NCBI GenBank assembly: GCA_000708835.1 | Contig: DF236968.1 | Span: 1 to 64,000, forward strand | DNA length: 64,000 nucleotides | Source of the DNA: Klebsormidium nitens | Taxonomy: Eukaryota > Plantae > Klebsormidiophyceae | Direction: 5' to 3' | Part shown: positions 25,145 through 35,600 of the stretch, one piece after another | Numbering within the stretch: the first letter of the stretch is position 1 | Layout: every line of letters starts with the position of its first letter | Position numbers and translations under genes: made by a program | The notes under the pieces: model-generated | Databases searched by the model: none | Told to the model about the DNA's origin: nothing | The model's input: only the letters and a program-made list of their open reading frames with translations

Positions 25145-28100
25145 ATGTGGTTCCTGGCGTTCTTTGCGCACCGACACCTAGACTTCCGGATAGCAGAAGT
25201 TGAGTCCCTGGTGAAACTTTGTGGCGTTGAAGGCCAGTTGCAATGGAAGAAGCCAGAGGGCGACCACGAGCACTCGCCCTTCTACTACTTTGATTTGCCT
25301 TCTGAGGAGGTGGCCAAGAAAGTGGCGGGGCGGTCAATACTGCTGAAAGGCTTGTATGAGGTGAGTGCAGCCGTCTCTTTGGACCCACCTCATTTGGAAC
25401 TTCTTGCCCTCACAATGCTTCTTGAGACACTTGAGTTTTGCGCCTGAAGGTTAAGGAGCTGGTCCTGGTGGTGGTTCTCGTTGAGTTTCGGTGTCCAACA
25501 AACAAAGTGTTTCTCTTTTGGAGCAGAGAGGGCTCTGTGGAACTAGCGTTCTGACGAGGCAGACTTCCCAGTCTTCTAGAATGAGAAAGTTGTAAGCTAA
25601 CATCGACAAGGTTTGACGAAGATTCGCTTCTCAGCAGATTGGAGGTTACATTTTGACTTGAAATCAAAGGGAACTTGCCTTTTTCTAGGAAGCAATCTTC
25701 GGTGTCTGCTTAGATTAATCTAGGCAAAAGCGGTATGTGCTGTTGGACCATCTTAGAAAAAGCTGCGACGTCCCTACTCACCAGGATGAGTTCCCCATGC
25801 TGGTCTGGGCCCCTGGTTACGCGCTTGACTTGATGCGGTGTCATTTGCTCACCTGGATGGTACAAAATCAGTTTGCTAGGAGGTTGGAGGTGGCACTGTC
25901 GTTTTCCTCTTCATGTCAGCCATTCAGGGCACAATGTAAGAGTCTACGGCATGTGGGCAGGATAGTTGGCCCATTTTTGGAAAACACGGCTGCCGAAGCG
26001 CCACAGAAGAAGCAGATGGAATCGCAAATGCGAGAAAGGAAAGAGCACCTGAACCAACCGATATTGTCCGCTCCCCTTCAGATCCGAGGGTCCAATCAGA
26101 AAGTAGTGGGGATTGGAATCGACGTAGGCTCCTCCTTCCTGATTCGCCCCCCAAGCTCTCACTTGTGAAGTTGTCTTTTGACTTGTTCACATGAGAAATT
26201 TCTGGAACATTCCAGTCGTTCAACCAAACACCTTCCTGCAACCCTTTGCAGGTCTGGGGGTCGAAGCACACGGTAAAAAAGGTCGAGACCAGCATCCGCA
26301 CACATCCGAGGCGCAAGATTGCACGGAACGGGCTTAACTCATTCTACTTCGTTTCTACCTGTCACCATAGAAAGCCCTACTTGAACATTTCGCAGGTTTG
26401 GGGGTCGGGGCACACAGTAGAAGAGGTCGAAGCCGGCATTCGAGCATATCCGGAGGAGCGGAAGGCGCCGTTTCTGGGGGAGGACGTCAGCTTCAAAGTG
26501 GTCGTCGACGGGTTTGGGAAGGCGTTCACGATGGAGGAGCAACTGCAGAAGATGGAGCGCTTTGCGTTCATCCCCTGGAAAGTGAGTGGGCGGGGACCAG
26601 TCCTGCTTTGATGGCCATTCTGTAGCTGTCATGGTCGCTTCGACTGGATGATTGCTCGGTTGTGAAATCTGTTCGTGAAAGACGCAGGTAAGACGGGGCA
26701 CTTTGAGGGAGTGCGCACTTTTGGTACCCAATTGTTATTAGATGGTACAGAATCTCAAGGTAGCACTCTGTACTCACATCCTCGTTCGTTTTAGACTTCT
26801 GGTGGCATTTTTGTCGGCTTCTGGAAACACCCTTATCGTCCATGCCATCCTGTACTCCATTCATGGTTTCCTGCCTGTTTGCTCACCTTGGTCAGGGGTA
26901 TGTAGTGTTCCTCCATCATCTCAAATCAGGAACAAATGATACAACGTGAGAAAGTAGAATGACAAGAAAAAGGAGTCATTTGAGGATGGTGAGATTCGGA
27001 CGCTTCCTTTAACGTCCCGTTTACATACTTCTTCTAGGACCTCCGCTTCTGCATGTGCACGCACTGATTTTGCAGACACTTCTTCATTCTCTTCTGGGAA
27101 CTTACTAGAATGATAGTCGTTCCGTGTGCGAGAATTCCCGTACCTCAAAGTGTGATCTGGACGCTTTGCCAGGGCCCCGTCCGCATGAAGGACCCGGACG
27201 TCCGCTTCTGGATCATCGACAGCCTGGGGGGCTACGACCCGCTAGGTTTACCCCCCCTCCAGGACCGCATCATCTTTTTCGGACGGGAGATTGGCGCTTC
27301 CGAACGGGGCGTGCTCGGCAAATACGACCTCAAGAAGCGGAGGTACATCGGTCCGACGTCGATGGATGCGGAGATTTCGTTTCTCATGGCTAACCAGGTG
27401 AGGATGATGTTCGAGTGGTTTCTGGATTAAGCCTGGGTTAAAAGGTGTCAGGATTTGGGTCAGGAGCTGAATTTTATGTGAAGTCCTGGCTCGAGCTTGT
27501 TCTATAGAGTCTTGGGACGCGTGCCTTTGATAACGATCCTGGTCCGGTTGCAGGGCATATGCCCTTCGAGGTGGAGCCCCGGAAGGTTCCCATGTTTTAG
27601 TAGTTAATACCGGGCAGTTGTTTGCGCAAGTCATCAAAAGGAGGACATTTGCGTACACAGTGCTTGATGATCTAGAACAGCTTTTGTTTCCCAGAAAAAT
27701 TGAATCGTTTCCAGCCCGGACAACTGATTGAACACCGTGGCACGCCTTTTCCGTTCCGCCCGTTCCACCCAGAGCTCCCCAGTCTCTTTTCGCCCCCACG
27801 AATCAAGTAAACCTTCCTTCTCAGGGGTTATCCCGGCCGGAGAGTCTCGTCTTCGACCCTTTTCGTCGCACTGGCAGCTTTTTGATCAATCCAGCACTCC
27901 GTTTCCGTTCCGGCCGTTCCTTGTGTCCATTCCGCTAGCTGCCTCCCCTGGGGGGCTCCCAACATGCTTTGCCCCCCAACAAGAAGCAGAAACCTTGTTA
28001 GTATCTTTTGGCAGGGGTTAGCCTGGTCGGGAAGTCTCGTCTTCAACCCCTTTCGCGGCACGGGCAGCTGTCTGGTCTCCGTGTTACGCCTTTTCCGCTC

Positions 28101-30352
28101 CGCTCGTTCCGTCTCCGCCGGAAGCTCCCCAGTGTGTTCTCTATACCACGCACCAAATATAAATTTCTCCGCTCCGCAGGGATTGGCCCGGCCGGGGAGT
28201 CTCGTCTGCAACCCCTTCTGCGGCACGGGCAACTGACTGAACTCCGTGGTATGCCTTTTCCGCTCCGCTCGTTCCGCCGGTCCGCCCAGAGCTGTCCAGT
28301 GTGTTTTCCCTCTCACGCACCAAGTGGCTTCTTTCTCCGCAGGGGGTAAGACCGGCCGGGGAGTCTCGTCGTCAACCCGTTTTGCGGCACGGGCAGCTGT
28401 CTGACCTCCGTGGTACGCCTTGTCCGTTTCCCGTTGTTCTGCCGTTTTTGCCCAGAGCTCCCCAGTTGTGTGTTCCCCCCAGTCAAGTATACGTTTTCTT
28501 GCAGGGCCTGGCTCGGCCGGGGAGTCTCGTCTTCGACCCCTTTTGCGGCACGGGCAGCTGTCTGATCCCCGCGGCGCATTTTGGAGCGCTCACGCTTGGG
28601 GCGGACATCGACATCCGGGTGGTCAAGTACGGCAAGCGGGGGCACACCATCTGGAGCAACTTCGAGCAGTACGGGCTGACCGCGCCCGTCGCGATCTTGC
28701 GCGCAGACAACCACCAGCAGCCGTGGCGAAAGTAAGGGGCCTTCGAAAGTTCTGTATCAATGGTATTTCTTAGTTTCGTTTTGTGAAGGCTTTGTTAAAA
28801 AGAAACACTATCGGGAGCAACTTCGAGCGGTATGGGCGAACGCGCCGGCCGCCATTCTGCGCGCGGACAACCACCAGCAACCCTCGTAAAGGTAGCTTGT
28901 CTTTGAAAATCTGGGTTTCGAGTTTCTGGGTTTTGAGTTGTTTGAATTCTGGGCATGCGCAAAAGTAGAAGCAACTTCTGGCAGTACGGCCTGAACGCGC
29001 CCGTCGCAGTTCTGCGCGGGGACAATAACCACCAACCCTGGTAAAAGTAAGAGGTAAGGAACAGGACTAAGTATTCAGGGTTTTTGGATCTCTTTTTTCC
29101 TTAAAAAAGAGGGTTCCGTATGAGGCAAGTCCAAGCAGCACGGTTTGAAAGCGCTGACGTGATCCTGCGCACGGACAGCAACCAGCAGCAGTGGCGAGAT
29201 CGAACAGACGGTTTGGGGATCGGGGTCGACCTTTTTTTCCCGACTTGTAAACATTTCGGGAACCTAAGTAGTTCAGAAATTGTGGGTTTCGGGTCCTTGG
29301 AAAAAGAGAAGAGCGAAAGAGATGATGAATGTTCGGAGTCCAGCTTTAGGGTCCTCGAGAGTGGGGTATACAAATCTAAGTTTAGATGGCTCGTGGGACC
29401 GTCCTTGCACCCTCCTTGTGGAAGAAGTAGGTCGCACTTTAAACAGCCACTGCCTCTGCCTGCCTCTATAAGCGCAGGGAACCTTTAATGTAATCTCTGA
29501 GACCTGTCTGTCTCCTTGATTCCATAAATCTGCCGGTCAAGCATCTAATGCTTGGTGAATGGTAGACGTTTAGATTCTTGTAAAAGCGCCCGACAGCTTT
29601 CAAACAGAATCATCGTGCCGAAAAGAGGAACAGTATGATGCAGAGGTCTGTCTAGGACCTGTTCGATTTTTGTCCCGAAGTGCAGCAAAACTTTTTCCCG
29701 CGGTGCTCATCTTCTCCCCCCTCCCTGCAGCGACATCCGGGAAACGTTCCACGCAATCGTTTGCGACCCGCCGTACGGCGTCCGTGCGGGGGGCCGCAAA
29801 TCCGGCGGGAAGAAGCTCCTCTCCGGAAAGGCGGAACCTTACGTCTTGACGGAACAGCAGAAAGACGGCCACATCCCTTCCACCGCCCCCTACACGCTCG
29901 CCGAGTGCTTACACGACTTGCTAGACCTTGCCGCGCGAACGCTAGTCATCGGCGGTCGGTTAGTCTTTTTCGTGCCGTGTTCGGTTCCCGACTACGACCC
30001 AAAACAGTTACCAACGCACCCGATTCTTAGGTTAGTGGCGAACAGCGAACAGTTGCTAACCCGAAAGTTTAGTCGCCGGCTGCTGACGATGCAAAAGACG
30101 GGGCCGTATACGGACGAGTTGGCCGCGGCGGCCGCGGAAACCAGCCGGGAATTTAGGGAGCGCCACGTGGAGATCGTCGAGCAGAGCCGGAACGAGGAGA
30201 TCAAGGCGCTTTTATGTTCGTCGAAGCGAGGGGAAGAAGACGGGAACGAAGTTGAGGTCGCGAACGGGGATGACGGGGAGGATGGAGACGTGCCGGTTAC
30301 GGAAGGCGGGGTGAGGGACGAACTGAGGACGTATAGGGCGAAGTGGTGCTAA
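25145..30352 (+). CDS. TRM11: tRNA (guanine10-N2)-methyltransferase; 5 exons: about 25145-25361, 26396-26582, 27170-27397, 28505-28731, 29731-30352
   Basis: MWFLAFFAHRHLDFRIAEVESL; YDLKKRRYIGPTSMDAEISFLMANQ; LVFDPFCGTGS (SAM motif I); GADIDIR; AIVCDPPYGVRAGGRKSG (motif IV); LVIGGRLVFF; LVANSEQLL. Confidence 0.95.
27700..29210 (+). repeat. Exon-echo arrays on both sides of TRM11 exon 4 (4 acceptor-side copies, 3 donor-side copies)
   Basis: CAG|GGCCTGGCTCGGCCGGGGAGTCTCGTCTTCGACCCCTTTTGCGGCACGGGCAGCTG is echoed at about 27825, 28012, 28178 and 28343. GGAGCAACTTCGAGCAGTACGG...GACAACCACCAGCAGCCGTGGCGAAA|GTAAG is echoed at about 28812, 28967 and 29122. Confidence 0.92.
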
Positions 30353-32239
30353 GACACGTGGCCCATGTGTATGTGGCTCTGGATCCCTCTGTCCTCTTTA
30401 AAAGGGAGGCCGGTTCTGCTCGCATTATTTGATTAACCGTCATAGTCGATGATGCATGCATTCGAGCTTCATGAATGGGCGTCTCCATCACAACTTTGTT
30501 TAGTAAGTTACGTCCCCTTGCATTTCCACTAATGCCGTCCCCTTGCACTTCCACTAACTTATGCCGTACCCAGATTAAGGGCCGCATATAGTACGCAATG
30601 CACGCGGAAGCCTTTGTCCGGTTGTCTTTGCTGCATGCACGAAAATCGGAATCGCCACGTTCCACCTCAGTCGGTATGTGGATTTTGTCATATCCTTTTG
30701 CTGAAATTGTCTACTCGTGGCCGCCAAACTGCGCATCTTTTTGATCGTCAAAGTCTCGAGCGGGGCTAGGACGTGGCCTGTTGATTCTGCTTGACTCACG
30801 ATCTCGATTCTCGGCTGTACAGCTGTGAATATACTGGTGTATCCAAAGCGGGCCGTTACCCGAAGCTTGAATGTAGTATCCAACCACAGAAATTACATAG
30901 CTGTCATCAAGCGGACAAGTTGCAGTGTGCCGCTTTCATACGCGTACCTTTGTATTTTATTCTCATATTAATACATCGATGCGGGATTGAACGGTCCAGA
31001 TTTACAACGGTGAAGATCCTTACATCTCGCTTTACCATATAATTTCAAATCCAGGGGTTTGCGCTTTTGTTTTGCAAGTTTCTCAATTTTGCTAGGCCCC
31101 GCGAAATTGCTGAATCGTGACTCCTGCACGCGCGTAACCTTTCACCTGGCCTATATCGGCTCCAAAAACGTCGGCAGCCCGCGCGCAGCACACCCGTCAT
31201 GTATGCAAGCATTTTTCAGAGTGTCAGATTTCTATTTTTGTTTCAGGACCTCTGCATCTCAGTGATTAGGTAGCGTATGAAGCTGGATCATTGCCGCCGC
31301 CAACAACAACGTTGAGATCGACCGCCTGATTCCTTATAACGTCAAACGGCGGAAGATACTATTTCAACTAGATGCCGGTCAACCGACAAGTTCGGAAAGT
31401 GAGCTTGTAAGGATAGTGTGTCTGGGTTTTACTACACGGTTCTTGTCGCTTGTTTGGGAATACACAAACAATAGCTACGTGCAGTGGATAACTTTGATGT
31501 AGAGAAGCCATCGAAGTCGGAGAACCCAAAAGTATAACAAGTCCCTCCATCCGTCGACAGTAGCTAAGAAGCAATCATTGCCCGAATTTGTTGGCTGGTC
31601 GCGGAAGATCTGCCACGTGGCTGTCATTCATTGGCCAGACGCACACCAACAGCCAGAAAATTGCGGGCGTCGACTTCTTGATTCTGTGTTGCCTTCACTT
31701 CGCGCTCGTTCTCGTGCTGTGTGATCGTAGCGGCGGGCATCTTCTCATCAGGAGCTAGAGGTCATTGATCAGAGCTCGATGACTAATCAAATGCTCTATG
31801 AGCAGTGACGAGGAATCTAGAATAATCATGAACCGTGTTCCAGCGTCGTTGAGTCGCCCAGAGCCGTTTCAATGCAGGCCGAACAGCGACTTCATAAGTA
31901 AGTGACCTCGTTGCTCTACCAGAAGCTTCGCCATGTCAAGGCGACTGTTGTCGCTTGCGGCTAAAAAAAGCATTAAGAAGCCTGTCCCGGAATCTACTGG
32001 GTATCTTAGTAGTTTCAAACAAGAATGGTAACAGTACCCAGGGATTTCCCCGACGTAGAAAGCGTGGCAGGCTGTCGAGTGAGGTTAGATAAAGCCCACT
32101 TGAGCTCAGTCCACAATTTCCAGAAGCGAACCTCTCTCATGTCATTCTTTGCTGAGCCATTACAGTACTCCTTTGTCCTCAATTTGTTTGTTCCCCGTTT
32201 TTGTGGGCGATTCATCACAACCCTCACAGCGCCTCTCAC

Positions 32240-32630
32240 TATGTCGTATCTCAGCAACTTCGTGCCCCGTTCTTGAGCTCATTCTCGCCTCTTACCTCAT
32301 CAAAACATCCCCCTTTCTCTCCGTGGGTTCCCGCCTCTTCTCTCAGAAAGTTTTCTGCCCTTCTCTGAACGCCTTCCCGGTTCTTTCCTTAGCGAGTCCT
32401 CGCCCCAAATCAAGGCGGCCTCTTGCGACCCTTCGCCGTCTCGGCCCTTCCTGAGCAGGGTTCCGTTTCTTTGGCGGCTTCTCCTCCGTTCATTTCAGCA
32501 AGTTCTCGCCCTTCTGCTCTCAATCTCGCCTCTTTTCTCAGCGGGCCCCTTTCTTGACCAATTCCCCGCCCTTTCCTTGGCTAGCTTTTGCCACTTTCCT
32601 CAGCGAGTTCTTGCGACAATCCCCGTCAGT
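32240..32630 (+). repeat. Pyrimidine-rich degenerate repeat upstream of the Patched-like start (repeated acceptor-like TTCCTCAGCGAGTTCT motif)
   Basis: About 8 variants of YTCTCAGCGAGTTCTCGCC between 32240 and 32630; a GTAAGT donor-like site occurs at about 31897. Confidence 0.55.
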
Positions 32631-32635
32631 TTGCC

Positions 32636-35600
32636 ATGGCGGGGAAGAAAGCGTCCAAAGACTGCGGCTGCCGCATCCCGTTGCTGACGCCCCTCAACAA
32701 TCAGCTCAGGAAAATTGGTCAGGTGGTGGATGATTGTTTCAAGGCGGCGTTTGGCGCGGCGGGGCTGTTCATTGCCAAAAGACCGCTCCTGGTGATTGCG
32801 GGGAGCCTTCTGCTGGCGGCGGTCTTTGCGCTGGGGCTCGTCCGGTTTGGGGTGAGGGCGCGCAGCTGAGGGAAAATTGTGCTGGAGGTTTGAGACAGTG
32901 CAGAGAAGGGATCCATCAGGAGGCTGATCGGGTGCAATCGTAGCATGGACTCAAGACTCGGTCCCACTGGAGAACCGTCTTTCTGAATGCAGATGCGCTC
33001 ACCCCTGAAACCTATACCAGTAGCGACTGAAGTTTCACCTTCTTGGGATCGACGCTGAAATTCATCTTCCCGGCCAATATAAGAAAGTGGTCTAGAAGGG
33101 GTCTCGATCTACTATATCAGTTGTCTTCATGTGAAAAGGAAATCTACATCAATTTCCTGGCTCCAGGTTGCTTAGCAGAAGATTGGAAGGATGGAACGAC
33201 TGGTGTGATAACGTTCTCGGGGGGATAATAGTGCTCAAATTGGACAGATTGGTGAAGAGACCTTGTCTCTTACCTGGGCAATCCAATATCGAGCTGCTTT
33301 TAGAACAATCATTGGGTCGTTTGCTCTGTGAGAAGATCGCTCTTACCTGGTGTGTAACTTACTGAAAGTGGTCTTTGAAACATCAGCTACGGGATGTCTG
33401 ACTCACAAGCGCCGTGTCCCCGCCATAAGCTATGACTTGGCAGCGTGCCCCCCTGGCCCGTATCAAGTGAATTCCTTCACCGCAAAATAAATGAGGCAGG
33501 TCACTCCACAGTCATGAATATTTTCTTTAATTTATGGAAGTTCTTTTTTCTCAATTTCTTCTGCTTGCAATCAGTACCCTTCACAGTATTCGCTTCCGCG
33601 TCTTGTCGATCAAACTATTAGGAAGCCTTCCCTCTTCTTGTTTCTCAGGTGGAAAGCAGCGAAGAGAAGCTGTACACCCCCCAGGGCAGCCAGGCGTTCA
33701 TCGACCGCGCATACGTGGACTCGGTGTTCCGATACCCCGACAGAGAGACGGCCGTCTTTGTCACGGAGCCCAAGTCAACGAGCCAAAACGTCCTGACAAA
33801 GCCGGCGCTGCTCGCGTTCCTACAACTTTACGAGAACCTAGCAAGGTGAGTTGAGCCTGAAAGTTTCAAAAGGGAGGTGCTTCCTAGAATGTTTTCAGGA
33901 ATGCAGAGCATGCGGTGTGTCTTGATTGCCTGGACTCGTGTGCATGCTAAGGCTTCCATAGGTGAAGTAAGGCCTTAGAAGCCCCCGGAACAAATTTGGC
34001 ACGGTATGACTGAAGGGAGCGACCAACTCATTAGAGCCGGTCTGTTGATTGTGTATGCGAGGTAGTGTCATGTCGCGATAGGACTACGTAAAGAGCTGAC
34101 TTAATCATTGGCACAGACAAGTATCTTGGGCCAAGAGAGTACACAAGATCACCTTCAAAAATTACTTCTGGTGCCAGCTTCCAGAAAGAACCGACTCTTT
34201 GATCTTCTGGCAATGCAAAGAAGAATACGGATTGCCCGCGAAGTCACGCTGGCCGTTTACTGAATATTTTCTTCGTCACTTCCTCAGTCACTAAAAACCT
34301 TTTAAGAACTTCCCACTGCATTTTGCAACTCCAGAGTCCATCACATGCTCAAAAGTCCTCGTTGCGAGGCAGGAACAGAGCACATCGTATCGACGGATCA
34401 ATCAACTAATCCATCAAATCAAAGACATTCTGGGATGAAACATCTCTTGATTCTCGGTGCAGCATGACCGCCACGCACGCCGGCGCCACGTTCAAGCTGT
34501 CGCCCCGGCGGGCCCGGCACGCCGTGTGACGTCAAGAGCGTGCTCGCGTACTGGAGCTACAGCGCGGCCGCGATCGCGGCCGACGCGGACATTGCGCGCA
34601 CCGTATCCAGTCCGGGAACGGTGAGCCAAATGCTGAAGGGGAGATGAAGACTTCTTGTTCGGGCTTAAAATGATTTCGAGCATAAACTGTTCATCATCCC
34701 ATTGGCTGAGGTTCGTTGAGGCGTGCACCGAGAAAGATGCGCCCAGGTCAATGGAAGTCCCGGGAATCAAGTCCTTGTCAGTGCGCTTGCCAATGTGTCT
34801 ACGAAACGAAGAGGGACGGACTCAGCGTCCTGCAGCGGGACTTATGTTTACGACCATATGCATCTTAAACCCGAATCTCTATTTGAATCCACCGTTTATA
34901 TCAGATCTCCACAAGAAAAGTGCTAAGCGTCGCTTTACGTTCGCTTTCCGTCTCATCATCTGCGCGCGCGCGCGTGCAGGACGCGCTCGGCCGCGCGATC
35001 GACCCCGCGGAAGTGATGGGCGGAATCGTGACGGGGCCTTCCGGCGACAACATCGTCTCGGCAGCCGCATTTTTGCTCAAGTTCTCCAACCAGAACAACA
35101 AACCGAGCGCCGACTCGGATTCCGAGGACGGCTACGTGGCGGCCTGGGAGAGGGCCGCTGTGAATCTCGTCAATGTGAGGTCTTGATCAGTGGGCCCTTT
35201 CGTCGTAACCTTCTTGTCTCATTTTCTTGTAACCCTCAACTCCTTCTTTACTGCTTCTTCGGTGTTACAAGCGGAGGCATGTCGATAAACCTATTTCTAC
35301 TTTTGGTATTTGGACGGAGTTTGGCGCTTCCGTGATGCTCGACTTGCTGGTGTAAGCAAACGCTTTGAGACAAATAGCTTCGCGAGTCCGCCTCCTCAAG
35401 TGACAATTTGTTTTCTATTTTGTTTCTTACCTGTTCTCTGTTCATCCCGTGAGTCAGCACTCTCCGTCAATCCGCGACTAGTAAGTCTCTAGATTGCTCC
35501 ACCAGAAGGAAAAGTAACCAATCGAAATACTGATGGCAACAAGATCTCTGGTTACGAGATGCCCCCACTTCTCCGAGAGATCAAGACACCGTGTTTTCAG

